From Squalus acanthias (lineage: Eukaryota), in contig CM059438.1 of the NCBI GenBank assembly GCA_030390025.1, positions 62,498,001 to 62,562,000 on the forward strand: 64,000 nucleotides of DNA, in the 5' to 3' direction. The notes below the pieces were generated by a model, which had not been told where the DNA came from, made no database searches, and worked only from the letters and a program-made list of their open reading frames with translations. The position numbers were made by a program, and so were the translations under genes. How positions within the stretch are numbered: the stretch's first letter is position 1; the number at the start of each line of letters is the position of its first letter. Positions 37,101-49,450 of the stretch are shown in pieces.

Positions 37101-39046
37101 AGATGCGAATCCTGGCCTAGATTGTAGGGAGGTTAAGAAGCTGCAGATATTGTGGGGTTGGTACCTTTCTCTGAGTTTGTACATTACAAAAGACTGCAAG
37201 AGATGTATTGACTACGTTAGTCTGGAAGTAGGACACCCACAAGAGGAAATGCAATCGGATATACTTTTTCATAACGTGCGATGCTTGAGCACAGGAGGAG
37301 ACCATTTTGGCTCACTGTACCTCTGGTAGCGGCACCCTGCCTATCCACTCCAGCTCCATTTTTCAGCTCTTGCTGTACTCCAATGTTTTACTCCTTCTTC
37401 AATGCTAATTCGGCTTTGCTTCAATAGCCACTTGTAGATCTGTGTTTTCAATTTCTAATGAAGCTTTTACATGAAGAAAACGTCATTTAAAAAAAAAATA
37501 ATTATATTCCTAATACTAATCCTGAGTTTGTTCCTTTTCTACCAGTTCACTGAACAGTGGAAACATAGAAAAATAGGAGCAGGAGTAGGCCATTCGGTCC
37601 TTCGAGCCTGCTCCGCCATTCAATGTGATCATGGCTGATCCTCTATCTCAATACCATATTCCCGCTCTCTCCCCATACCCCTTGATGCCTTTTGTGTCTA
37701 GAAATCTATCTATCTCCTTCTTAAATATATTCAGTGACTTGGCCTCCACCGTTGTCTATGGTAGAGAATTCCACAGGTTCACCACCTGAGTGAAGAAATT
37801 TCTCCTCAGCTCAGTCCTAAATGTCCTACCCCGTATCCTGAGACTGTGACCCCTCGTTCTAGACCCCCCCCCAGCCAGGGGAAACATCCTCCCTGCATCC
37901 AGTCTGTCTAGCCCTGTCAGAATTTTATACATTTCAATGAGATCAATGAAATCTCTTGCTACCCCCTCAAAGTCTTTCATAACTTAGATTTCCCTTTAAT
38001 CCTGTGATTACAGCATTTTTCCCCCAAGTTTAATCACAGTAACCTTTTCTTCTCCCTGGTATGTATGAATTCTGTTGCACCTTTTCCAATCTTCAAATAT
38101 CCTTTCTGAAATGGGATGCCAAAAAAAGGCTCTTGTGCTCCAACTCCCTATTTGTCCCTTTTCAGTGGATTTTGGCTGAAATCTTGCCTTTTGCTCTGTA
38201 TCTGCATCCCTAGATCTCTGTTCCTCCACAGAGTGTTCCTTCAGTGTGCTGACTGCTTTGATCTTTGCTCCCCTGACACCAATGGCTCAGTATTTACTGG
38301 GAAAATAACAGAGCGAGTTTAATGCGCACACCGGTTCGTGCTTATATTAAATTTGTGGCGAGGAAGAGATACGCCGTGAGTTGCAAATCACAAAGTGCGG
38401 GGCGATTTGCGTCGTCGGCCTTGTGAAACGGGAGCTCGTCCTCCCAGTGAGTTTCAAGAAATTGCTGCATTTGTGCTAAAAACAAATGAAACTTGCCGCA
38501 GGAAGTTAGGTCTGGTATTTAATGACCAGATTTACATTCCTGCAATGCCACGCCAGCTTGAGGGGCCAGAAAGGACTTCGCTCCAACAAAAATTCTGGGC
38601 CAATAATTATGGAGGTGATTGAGAGGCCATTACCAATGGTCACTTCCACCGGAGCAGCAAGTACAATCGGGAGGGGAAAGAGGATGTTAAATGGTCCATG
38701 TACAAATGATCTTTTTGCTTGGCATAAGTTGTCTAGGTTATGTTGCAAGTCAACTGTGCTTGGTGCTTGACTAAAACTCAATGTTTCCATCTTTCGGTAG
38801 GTGATCAGAGTTTGGTTTTGCAATAGAAGACAGAAGGGGAAGAGGATGACACTACCTTGTATGGAAGAGAGTGATGTACAAATCCATGAGGGGAGCCCAC
38901 TTCACATGTCCCCCAGTGCCCTGATGCTACCTGACCCCATAGTCACCCAAGGATACAGTGCAGCTATGGTGCCACCTCCCATGTATATGTCCCCCTTCCC
39001 TCAAGCTTTGCACCCTGCTGTCTCCATGGGCAATCACAACAGTTAG
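24540..39046 (+). CDS. pou5f1: Class V POU-domain transcription factor (Oct4 family; pou5f1 vs pou5f3 unresolved, leaning pou5f1), 5 coding exons, 437 aa
   Basis: Exons of 660+112+131+165+246 = 1314 nt join in frame (intron phases 0,1,0,0; introns 641, 7690, 952, 3910 nt; all GT-AG). They encode a POU-specific domain ([56 protein letters not shown]) and a homeodomain ending [11 protein letters not shown], the class V signature. Confidence refers to POU5 family identity; the paralogue symbol is about 55:45. Confidence 0.95.
25841..25952 (+). CDS. pou5f1: POU5 exon 2: first half of the POU-specific domain
   Basis: Pyrimidine tract then TTAAAG| acceptor; [37 protein letters not shown](G); donor G|GTAAGT, phase 1. 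Confidence 0.96.
27452..27769 (-). mobile_element. HE1-like V-SINE in POU5 intron 2
   Basis: Reverse-complement homologue of 12084-12380 with a CR1-like tail. Confidence 0.82.
28520..30165. mobile_element. Intron 2 repeat cluster: CR1 (+, about 28520-28925), Deu-SINE (+, about 29250-29540), CR1 (-, about 29600-30165)
   Basis: CR1 ORF2 C-terminal motifs (LRGDLI..FKI) and the SINE core sequence. Confidence 0.75.
31983..32072. repeat. 19-bp tandem repeat, about 4.5 copies
   Basis: Unit GTGGGATTCACTGTGTGGA. Confidence 0.88.
32560..32596 (-). ncRNA. Minimal type I hammerhead ribozyme motif, family 2
   Basis: aguu-CUGACGA-a-agguc(uuc)gaccu-GAAA-cg-UU-aacu; all stems pair. Confidence 0.72.
32770..33245 (+). 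mobile_element. Penelope-like 3' end (3' UTR plus terminal repeat, short inverted 5' piece) in POU5 intron 2
   Basis: Shares 3' UTR blocks with the 1446-2504 element (e.g. GACTCGAGTCGTCGTTGGCTTGTTC); TSD TGTAATACAGTAGT at 32756-32769 and 33246-33259. Confidence 0.8.
33121..33157 (+). ncRNA. Minimal type I hammerhead ribozyme motif, family 1 (sense strand, POU5 intron 2)
   Basis: ucac-CUGAUGA-a-ggagc(agc)gcucc-GAAA-gc-UU-guga. Confidence 0.78.
33643..33773 (+). CDS. pou5f1: POU5 exon 3: second half of the POU-specific domain and start of the linker
   Basis: Acceptor TTTTAG|; (G)[43 protein letters not shown]; donor GAG|GTAGGA. Confidence 0.96.
34726..34890 (+). CDS. pou5f1: POU5 exon 4: linker and homeodomain helices 1-2
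   Basis: Poly-C tract then AAG| acceptor; [55 protein letters not shown]; donor GAG|GTAATT. Confidence 0.95.
34943..36720 (-). mobile_element. L2 LINE fragments in POU5 intron 4, interrupted by a minisatellite and a SINE
   Basis: [34 protein letters not shown] and [11 protein letters not shown] motifs. Confidence 0.8.
35626..35885. repeat. 25-bp minisatellite, about 10 copies, expanded inside an L2 element
   Basis: Unit CAG(T/C)GAGAGGGATGGAGCCGGTGGN. Confidence 0.92.
37563..37945 (-). mobile_element. CR1 LINE 3' end
   Basis: [17 protein letters not shown]...RGHSLRIRG...NLWNSLP. Confidence 0.85.
38801..39046 (+). CDS. pou5f1: POU5 exon 5: homeodomain helix 3 and C-terminal domain to stop
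   Basis: Acceptor CTTTCGGTAG|; [15 protein letters not shown]...[17 protein letters not shown]...GNHNS; TAG at 39044-39046. Confidence 0.95.
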   Translation: MIRVWFCNRRQKGKRMTLPCMEESDVQIHEGSPLHMSPSALMLPDPIVTQGYSAAMVPPPMYMSPFPQALHPAVSMGNHNS

Positions 39047-39518
39047 AAGATCCGCTGTGGGTTTCTATTAACCCGAGTGCAAGGACTCCTGATTCTAGTG
39101 ATACAAGTTGGTAGAACATGGCTGAGTGTTGTCTCTAAACTATCTCGAGTCTAGGAAGTAGATGAGGGGTTCATCTGATACTAAATCTCAACTTTGCCTC
39201 CTTTTATTTCTCTTTTTAAAATTCTTCCTCTCCCTTTCCCCAACTATAGGATTATAAATGGGATTGGACATTCGGCCCATTTTCTTTTTATAAAAAAAAA
39301 ATATTTAATGGGAATTTTCTAACTTATTGAAAGTTTGTAGCTTTAATGTACTGAACGTTTTGCAATATAAAATATTTTTCCCTCTATTTTCTTACAGTAG
39401 TTCTTTTCATGAAGATGTATCTGAATATTCCAATGCTGTAATTATAACATTGCTTGAAACTGCCAAGTGGGGTTGAACCACTTGGTGCTGAATGTTCCCA
39501 AACGAGAGGCTCCGTCAA

Positions 39519-39524
39519 AATAAA
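39519..39524 (+). other. Candidate proximal polyadenylation signal of the POU5 gene
   Basis: First AATAAA I found after the stop codon, following an AT-rich non-repeat 3' UTR. Alternatives at 41294 and 44766. Confidence 0.35.
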
Positions 39525-39739
39525 TGACTGTCGTAGGTCCATAAATCGGTGTGAATTTGGGCAGGAAGAAACTAGTTTCAATAACTCTCGGGGGTTGCTG
39601 AATAACTCTTTAATCTGTGGAGATTCAGTGCCCATTTTAAGGCCATTGCTGTTTCAAGTACCTAATGTTTTGACCAGCTCTGCTTTTTTTACTTGGGTTC
39701 GTGGCGTTCCCCACTCGTCCCAAGGGGGGTTGGGGGGGG

Positions 39740-40920
39740 GTGGGGAATATAGAAGATGGGTGGAGGTGGCTAGAGTCAGGACCAAAGTGCATGGGCTGGG
39801 CCATGAGGCTGGTAGTGATTGGAGCAAGGCCATGTAGGGATTTGGATCAGTATTTTGAATTTCATGTATTGAGATGGGGAGCCAGTGAAGGGCAGTGAGA
39901 ATAGGATGGGGCCATAGTGGTTCTGAAGGTGCCAATTTGTTTAGGAGAGCTCGGAGCCACTGAGAAGGGCTGGAGGACGAGTCTGGAGATGGGAGTGTTT
40001 CTGTGGTAGCAGTGGGAGGGGGGGGTTGTGAAGGGCAAAGGTTAGTGATGTTACGGAGGTACAAGTAAAGCGATCTTGATGATGGATGGATATGGGGGGT
40101 TTGCTCAATAAGACCCAAGCTTTAATCAGGTTCAGCCTGAGTGAGTAGTCTTGGGTTGGGAGTGAGGATATAGAGTCTTTGGGAATTGAACAGGATAAAT
40201 TTAGTCTTGGTAGATTTTTTTGGAGCAAGTTCCTGCTTGCCCATGACTTGATGGACAAGCAATCTGACCGCACAGTAGCAGCTGTGGAGTTGAGGTTTTG
40301 TGGGGTGGCAGAGCTGGGTACCATCAGTAGAGAAGTGGAAGAACCTGGCCCTATTCTGAAGATAATATTGCCAAGGGGCAGCATGTAAGTGATGCTGTCC
40401 TTCCTTCCTCTTCTCCAACCCTGCTTCCCCCAAGAAGAATGGAACTACTGGTTACTTCAGAGGTGACCGTGGCAGCGCAAGGCGGGGGAAAGCCATGTTG
40501 GGCTGATGAGTTGAATGAAGCAAGGATGATCCATGGAAGAGAATGGAGTGATTTAATCATGTCAAATACTGCAGAGAAGAGAGGGAGGGCCAGGAGAAAG
40601 TGTACCATAATTGCGGTCCCCATGGTGACTTGGTCAGGGTAGACACGATGCTGTGGGTGGGGCTGAAACCAGAATGTAAGGATTTATTAATCAGCTGGTG
40701 ATGGGAGAGGTGACTGGGCAGTGAGGCAAAGTAGGTGAGAAATGGAGGGCACTGAACATCGGATGGAACTGTACCCAAGCAAGGAATCGGTCTTGGTGGG
40801 AGAAGAGGGCAGGGCTTCCTGCTTGAGGGTTGAGGGTGGGCTTTTTGAGAAGAATGGAAGTGGAGAGGGAGCAATGCCTGTTGAAAAGCAGCTGTTATCA
40901 GCAAGCACCAAGGCAAACTG
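39740..40920 (-). mobile_element. Highly degenerate L2 LINE fragment
   Basis: Remnants of SGFSPTHS...LTK, SAVFD, PILTALHWLP. Confidence 0.55.
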
Positions 40921-42904
40921 GGGAGTTAGGAATTGGGTTTGGTGGTTGGTGGGGGGGGGTAATAGTCAATATTGTGTTTTCAGCATTTGTTTTGAAATTG
41001 CATGAATGGTTTTTGTATTGGGGAGGGGGTAACGGAGCTACTATTTTGAATTTGGACTATTGGCCATTAATTCAGTGATTAGCAGTGTGTTCATATTGGG
41101 GTAACACTGGTACTTTTTTTTTTATAGATGGTTAGCATTATACTGGCCACTTACACTGGTGATGTCGGTGCATGTGCCCAACTTGGGGCAGTGTTGACTA
41201 TTTTATACAATTGTAGAGACCATCTCGAAATGCTCTTCTGTGCTGTGGATCTTCAGCTTAACGTGTGGTGCAGCTGAAATTGTTTGCTTTGAAAATAAAG
41301 CACTCCCCATTGGGCAGTGGGAAGAGTTGTACAAAGTGTGTCCTGATGTGTAAACTGGGTGCAACGAATGGCTATGGTGGAGGACGTGTTAGTTCTTTGA
41401 CAGTCCCAGTCGGGAAACAATATGGACTTGTAACCATTATGTAAATCTTTTTTATATTCATTCACGTGATCTGGGTGTTGCTGGCAAGGCCATCATTTAT
41501 TGCCCTTGAGAAGTTGGTGGTGAGCCGCCTTCTTGAACCGCTGCAGTCCGTGTGGTGAAGGTTCTCCCACAGTGCTGTTAAGGGAGGGAGTTCCAGGATT
41601 TTGACCCAGCGACGATGAAGGAACGGAGATATATTTCCAGGTCAGGATGGTGTGTGACTTGGAGGGGAGCTTGGAGGTGGTGGAGTTCCCATGCGCCTGC
41701 TGCCCATGCGCCTGCGGTAGAGGTCGCGGGTTTGGGAAGTGCTGCCGAAGAAGCCTTGGCGAGTTGCTGCAGTGCCTCTAGAATGCTGGAGGGGAGGCCA
41801 CTTTTGATGTACAACTTTGCCAGTCTGGCCACAAACCTTGCTGACTGCTGGCTTATGGGGTGCAGACAATGTGAATCCAGTGGGCTGAAGGGGTCGGCCT
41901 ATTGGTCATTGACCTCACTGGCGAGCCTGACCAAGTGCAGCGCCACTGGAGAAGGTACAGGAGACGTCCCAGGGCCTTGCTTCATCTATTGGGACCTCTA
42001 TAGTAACCTGTGATCATTTCAAAACCTATTGCAGGCATTCTCTGACTTGGTAGATTAACTACTTTGAGCTTTAGTACAGTACAGGTTTGCCTCTTGTAGT
42101 GAGACCACTCTGCAGTATAAACTAATGAGTCTTCCCCTTGAAAGCACCAACATGCTTTGAATTGGCAGTCTCTCCTCTCCTCTGCCCCCAACAGTGCCTT
42201 TGACCAAATCTTTCAATGGCAGCAAATATAAATGGTGAGCACCAAGTGCAGCTTGGGTTGGATCCATTATTTTGGGGTCTAGTCCTGTGTATCTACTTTG
42301 GCATGTATGGACTCCCCCCTTCACTTCCCTTCTCTAAGCCCCCCCGCCCCCGCACCAACATCAGAATTGGAAGGGATGCACATGACCAGATGGCCACTAA
42401 TGGCACATGCAGAAGATTGATGCTATTTTGTTGCCAAATAGCGTTCGCAGGCTAACTGGGGATAAATTGGTGCGCTGAGTGTAGCCCGGGGGTGAACAAT
42501 CCTCTCGGCCATTGATACGTACTCAACCCCTCACCTTTTGGTTCGTGGCTCCTACTATGCAACCTGAGGTTTTGTAGCCTTGTACTTCAAGGGCTTCAGT
42601 CACTTCAGTAATCAGTAAAAACCGTATAGTAACTTGATCCGAGTCTCGCTTCGAACTGTTGGCATTGGTGGCAAGCCTGCCCCATATGCCATCCCTAGTC
42701 TGCTGATCTCGGCCACGGTGGCAGTAGGGACACTAGCACTGGCCTCTGGCCCTTGGGCTCGGGAAGGGAAAGGTACATGAGTGAGGCCACTGTGATGCCT
42801 CCAGCAGTCAAATAGTCTGACACTTGGGCAAGGCGCTCAAACACTTGATGGCCACCACAAGAAGGCTACTGACCAGTACCTGTGCAACTGGACCCCAGTC
42901 GGAA

Positions 42905-43960
42905 AATAGGAACAGGAGTTGGCCATTCAGCCCCCACCCCCAACCTGTTCTGCCATTCTTGGATCATGTACCTCAAGTCCATTTACCTGTCCCTTTTTTC
43001 CCATATTCATTGGTACCCTTGCCTAATTAAAAAAAAAAACTCTGAAATTTCATTTGATCCAACACCCACAGCCTCTTGGGGAGGGCATTCCAGATTTCCA
43101 ATACCCTTTGTATGGAAAAAGTGCTTCCTGATTTTTATTCCTGAATGGCCGAGCTCTTGGATTGTGCTCTCTTGTTCTGGATTCCTCCAAGAGGAAATAG
43201 TTTCCTTGTATCTACCCTATCTCATCCTTTTAACAATTTAAACATCTCCCTCCATCTTCTAAACTACAGGAAGTATAAACCAGGCTTATGCAACCTGTCT
43301 TCATAATTCAATCCTTTTAGCCCCGGTATCAATCCGGTGAATCTGCTGTACCCCATCCTGAGTTGTGGTGCCCAGAACTGAACACATTACCCCAGATGGG
43401 GTCTGACCAAGGTTCTGTACAACTGAAGCATCACTTCCTCAACTTTTGAATTCCAACCCCCTTGGGATAAAGGCCAACATTCCACGAGCCTTTTGATTAC
43501 TTTTTGTACCCGTGCACCAGCTTTGTGATGTGTACTTGGATGTCCAAATCCCTTTGCTCTTCCACATATTCTGATTTTTGTCTTTTTTGAATCCAAAGTC
43601 GATGACCTCGCACTTCCCCACATTGAACTCCATCTACCACAGTTCACTCACTCGCTCGCTCAGTCTGCTGGGACCCGCTGTAACTTTCTGCTCTTGTCTA
43701 CACAACTGATACACAAGCTCTTTATTCCTTCACCCAAGTCATTAACATGTGGTGAAAAGCTTGAGGTCTGCCTACAGATCCCTGGGAAACACCTCTTGTT
43801 ACATCCTGCCAATTGCAAAATGTTACCTTTTTTATCTCTACCTCCCAACCGATTACCAGCCCTGGTCACTAGGCTGCCTCCAATTCTGCGCGCTGCTTAT
43901 TTTATTAAATGCCTTCTGAAAATCTATATAGACAACATCCATAGACGTCTGCTTCTGCAC
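42905..43960 (-). mobile_element. Degenerate CR1 LINE fragment
   Basis: MEFNVGKCEVI and LQLYRTLVRPHL motifs with frameshifts. Confidence 0.75.
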
Positions 43961-44495
43961 CATGCTAGTGACCTCACCAAACAAAATCAACTATACACGG
44001 CCTAGGAACAGGAGGAGGCCATTCAGCCCCTCGAGCCTGTTCCGCCATTCAATGAGATCATGGCTGATCTGTGACCTAACTCCATATATCCACCTTTGAC
44101 CCATATCCCTTAATACCGTTAGTTAACAAAAAGCTATCAATCTCCGATTTAAAATTAATAATTGATCTAGCCGTGCTTTCATCACCTGTTGCTTGTCCAA
44201 CTCTCACTGTCACTTTGTTCCTGATGGATTCCCCACTCCTGGGGGCTCTGTGGTTAACCTGGTTTCTCTCTCGCTCCCTCCCAATCCATAGGCTCTAAAG
44301 TCGTCATTTAACGCAACTGCAATTTCCTCACCTATTTCTTTTAATACCCCTGGTGTAGAAACCACCAGGTCTTGAACCTCCCCTGAGTGAACTGCACCAG
44401 GGAGAATGGACTTCCCCCCCAGTGTTGTGGGATCACCAGGTTCGGGTGTCTGGAGGGACTTCACTGCCACCTGGGCCACTGATGTCCTGTGTTGG

Positions 44496-44513
44496 AGCAC
44501 CCTCTAGTGGCCA
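44496..44513 (-). promoter_or_regulatory. CTCF-binding motif match
   Basis: Minus strand reads TGGCCACTAGAGGGTGCT, close to the CTCF core consensus TGGCCACCAGGGGGCGCT, in non-repeat sequence. Confidence 0.5.
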
Positions 44514-47050
44514 AATACATAAATGGCAACATTGAGGTCAGGCTTGTCTCAGACATTATTGTGTCGAATACTGGAGATACAGTCTGTCTGCAACTGTGGA
44601 GGGAAAACCCGTTATTGTAAGTTGACTATTGTATTTATATGTAAAAGAAAAACCTGAACTGGAAATAGTGCATTTATCAGCTGATGTGTATTGTGCAATA
44701 GCTATATCAACCGATCTTTCACTTCATAATTTTTTACTGCTGGTTTCTGCCAAAACTGTTATGAGAATAAAATTTTAATCTAATTGGATTACTTCAGTTT
44801 AAGCACTCTTCCATCCAGTGTGTTATTGCTCTTCCCCCCCACCCCCCTCTGCTCACCAGGCTAGATCTGTCACATGGCACTGACTCCCAGCTCTCCCTCG
44901 TTCTTGGGATGTGGGGCATCACTGGCAAGGCTGGCATTTATTGCCCATCCCTAGTTGTCCCAAGAAGGTGGTGGTGGGTCGTTATCTTGAGCAGTCTGAT
45001 GCAACTGAGTGGCTTGCTAGGCCATATCAGAGGGCAGTTAAGAGTCAGCCACGTTGGTGTGGGACTGGAGTCACGTGTAGGCCCAGACTGGGTAAGGACG
45101 GCAGGTTTCCTTCCCTAAAGGACATCACTGAACCAGTTGGATGCTTACAACAATTGACAGCTTCACTTGGATACCAGCTTTTTATTTCCAGATCTTATTT
45201 TAAACTGAGTTCAAATTCTCAAACTGCCGTGGTGAGATTATTAGTCCAGTCCTCTGGTTACTAGCCCACTACACTACCGTGCGACCCTGCAATATAATAA
45301 AACAGAGGGGCCCCAGGGCTCCAATTGACCCAAGTATTTAGTTATTTTTATTTTCCCCAGTTCCCCCCTCAACCAGGCTCTGTCCGACTGTCAAGTTCCG
45401 ACTTGACCGATCATCCGCTGCGACTTGTCAAATCCTCATTGCTGGCGCCGAGTTGGGCTAATTGCTCACCAACTGCCCAGCGATTATGCAGGAAAATTTT
45501 ACGGCTGGTGCAAACAGGCGCAGGAGCCTGTTTGCACAGCGTAAGGGGAGGGGGGGGGATGTGCAGCAGCTTGAAATATACACCAGTTATTTTCATAATT
45601 AAAATTATCTTCAAAAATAAATATCATATCCACCGAACTAATATCTCTTTCTAATTATTACAACTGATCCCAACACAACTCGCGGAGACAAATGGGCAAA
45701 GGGTGAAAACAAACTACCAAAGCACCGAGGTCCGATTCATTTCAGAGCAAGATTACAAGGATGTTTTCATTAGAAAAGGATGCCCCTTGTGCAGTAGCTA
45801 TGAAATATTTCACAAATCTGGTTCACTCACAGAAAGAAAGGGAAAGTACAAGTTTCTAAGATTTTTGGTATAGTGTTTGTTTGAAATGCCGATGACGTAG
45901 CTGAGAATTACCTGAGGCTTTCATGAATTGAACCAATATAACAAACGATTAATGAAATGGAATTTCCCTGCAGTGAAACTTTGCAACACAAGAAACCTAC
46001 ACAAGCAGGATATTTACATCGCCTCCGCTAAAATTAAGCATTTAAAAAATCATGAATGGGCATTGGAGATTTCTGTTTCCTGATTGGAGCACCGCCTCCA
46101 CGTGATCCCAGGTACGATTACGCTCACGGTGCGCCCCTGGGATCCGCGGGGCCGCTACGCTGCGCTCAACTCCGCAGCGAAACAACGCAAGTTATGGAAG
46201 GAAGCCTCTCACCGGGTAAGTGCGGATTTCTTTCAGAGATCGGTGGCGTGCTCCTTAGCTACACTGCCGACCGCAATTTCAGGGCTTATAGCTTTGCGTC
46301 CTGCACTATGGGCTTTGGCCTTTAACTGGGCCGGTTGTGTTTTTTTTTTACAAACTTACAAAAATGGACAGTGAAAGGCCTGCTGGTCCATCCAGCTGCT
46401 CCCACACAGTTACAATGTCTTGTGCATTGCAATACAGACACTCTCCAACCGGAGCCATGTGATCTCCAGAGAGGTGAAAACCCAGATTTAAGAACCCAGG
46501 CACATTTGGGAGGGGGAACTGGAAATTGCTCTCTGACCCCCCCCCCCCCCGAGGCAATCAAACTAGTCCAGGAGATCACATCGACTCTGAATTATGGCCG
46601 GCTACCTACTGGCTTCTTGTACAAGGTGATCTCCGCCCCATCCAGGAACAGGTCTGGCTCTCGCTTGAAGGAATTCAGTGAATCGGTGTTCACCACATGA
46701 GCCGGCAGCCTGTTCCGCAGGCCCGTTATTCTCTGGGAGAAGAGGAACCGCCTCCCGTCCAACCTAGTTCTGGCGTGGCCTAACTTTTAAGTGTGACTCC
46801 CCGGTCCTCCCTAACCTATCCACTTGAAATAATTGGTCCACGTAAACGCAATCTCGGCCCTCCATTATTTTATAAACCTTGATCAAATCACTTCTCCAGA
46901 GTACACAGACGCAGCTCTTTCTGCGTATCGACTCTTTCCGATACACGAGGGAAGAATCAACTGAGGCTGAAATGCCTTAGAATGGTTTTAAACACTGTAA
47001 ATAATTATTTATTGACATCCAGACTAACCGTTTTCCACATAAGAACATAA

Positions 47051-47814
47051 GGGCCTAGAAATTCGGGTGGCCGGCTTGCCGCGGGGGTAAGGATCGCGCG
47101 CTGCTCTTACCCACCGCGCCTGCCGTTGTGTTTTGGGCCCACAGGAACTTTGGGTCCTGGGCCTCTCCCAAGAGCCGGCGCGCAGTGCTTGCGTGTTCCA
47201 GGGGCGCAGTTAGTGCGATGCGACCCCTGGGATCACGTGGGCCATGGAGAGCCAATGGCAGCAGACCATCTTTCATTCATAGATTTGACAGGAGACCTGT
47301 CAAATCTGTGAATTGAAATCGGCCCCAAAAGAACAGCTAAACTTCAAATAAATTTAAAAAAAACCAACACATTTATAAATAACTATAGTTAAATAAATTA
47401 ACCACTTTAAACAAAAATTTAAATTTTTGAAAAAATTAAAATACTTTTTAAAAGTTATAAAAATAAACTTACCTTTCTTTAAAGTATCTAAAAAAGATAA
47501 ACCTGTTGAAAAAAATTAAAAATTATACTTAATTAACCACTTACCTTGTTCAAAAGGGGTCTTATGCCTCCTTTTTACTAGCGTAGAATCTTCAATACTT
47601 ACCCTTCGCATAGAAACCTGAAAAAAAATTAAGTGTGCTGCGTGCATGCAGCCTCTAGCGCGCACGCGGTTCACCTAGGAACCGCCCCCTTCACCATACC
47701 GGAAGTGCCGGTTTCCCGCGCATGCGCAGTGCATGCAGGAAACTGGCACTTCAGAAAGCAATACGGGTGAGTACGCACTGAGTACTCACCCGGGAACGGC
47801 CGAATTTTTGGGCC
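47051..47814. mobile_element. Non-autonomous DNA transposon (MITE-like, possibly PIF/Harbinger)
   Basis: TIRs GGGCCTAGAAATTCGG / CCGAATTTTTGGGCC, AT-rich centre, inserted after TAA within a CR1 tail (AAGAACATAA|...|AAGAAG). Confidence 0.65.
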
Positions 47815-48609
47815 AAGAAGTAAGAGCAGGAGTCGGCCATACGGCCCCTCGAGCCTGCTCCGCCATTCAATAAGATCATGGCTGATCATCGACCTCAACT
47901 CCACTTTCCTGCCCGGTCTCCACATCCCTTGATTCCCCTAAAGATGCCAAACAACCTTATCTGGAGAGTGCGACTCAACCCCAATGACCAGTTTGTCTGT
48001 TTTGGATTATGAGGGGCTAATATGCATTACCGTCATCTTTAAACTGCTTCTTGTGATCTCCTGAAAAAAATCGCTGAGCCCGGGTTTCCTGCTTTCTGTC
48101 TAAAGTCTGTTGCTGGGCAGAATAACCATAAATGGGAGTTGTGCTTTTTTTCCCCCCCTCTTTCTTTCGACTAGCTGCAGATAGCTGTGGTTTTGTTCTC
48201 TGCTTATCTCTCTCTGTCGACAGTCCGCGTCTTTATTTGTCCTTGAGGAAAACAGCAAGCCGGCCATTTCCTGCAAATCTTTCTCTTTCACTGCAACTTC
48301 AGCAGTAAAAATGATCCATCATGCTCGCTGATTTCAGTCAAGTTCCCATAGTCCTTTGCTCCATTGGTGTTTCGATTGCAGATGATCTGTTCCTCGGTCG
48401 GCCATCGATCCCAACTTAGTCTACCTGCAACTTTGTCTCGATTGCATTGACTGCACGTGAGTTATCCTTCATTTGGCCAAGTGTCCACCTTTACTAATCC
48501 AGGGTTTCAAGTCCAGGCGAGAGTTTCCCTGACAGTTCCCCTTCCTTAAAAGAGCGGGCACCAAAAAGTCAAATCCTTGAGTAACTAAGGTGCTTTACAC
48601 TGCAAATTA

Positions 48610-49450
48610 GTCTTGTGGCCCTCCTCTGCACCCATTCCAAAACTTCAATATCCCCTACACGGGGAGGGGATGAAAACTGAGCCTAGTGTTCTGGCTGAAG
48701 TCTAACCAAGGTCTTGTGCAAGGACACAACAGTGTGCTTTGTTTTATAGTGAATTGTCCTATGAATACACCCTGGAACCATGTTCGCTTTAGTTATAGCT
48801 TCATGATATTGGTCAAGGACCATTAGGCATTGATTTACTAAAACACCCAGATCTCTTTCTTTCACAACTGACTTTAGTTCTTTTCCCTGTAGGCTGTATG
48901 TATGTAGTGCATCACACTATCTCCCAGCACAGCGAGATCTGCTTGCAGTAGTTGAGCAACCCCTACAGTCTTGACTCTCGCACGTAGCTTGGCATTGTTC
49001 ACCAACCTGGGGATCGTTCTGCCCCAACACCTACATCTAAATCGTTAATGAAATGCCGATCCCTGAGGGACACCACTGGTGACTGATATCCAAATTCATT
49101 GACAACCATTTTCTGTCTCTGGGGATTCATTCAATTCGCAAGCAGATTACCACAAATTTCACAAGTTGCTTGTAGAGAAACCTCTTATGTGGTACGTTAT
49201 CAGGAGCTTTATGGAAGTCATGGCAGACAATGCCTGTTGGGTTGCCCTCATCCGATAACCTGGTGACTTCTTCAAAGCATTCAATCAAATTGGTAAGACA
49301 CAACCTTTTCAGGAGGCTGTGTTGGGTCTCCCTGGTATGGCCTTCTCTGTCTGAGTGGTCATCTAAGCCATCGCTAATGATTTCCTCGAGCATCTTGCCT
49401 ATTGCTGACAATGAACTAATGGGCCTGTAGTGACCCGGTTCTGCCTTCTC
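48610..49450 (-). mobile_element. Old CR1 LINE reverse-transcriptase fragment
   Basis: PGHYRPISS...CLTNLIECFEEVT...DFHKA.D.VPH and ERDLGVLV motifs. Confidence 0.75.
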
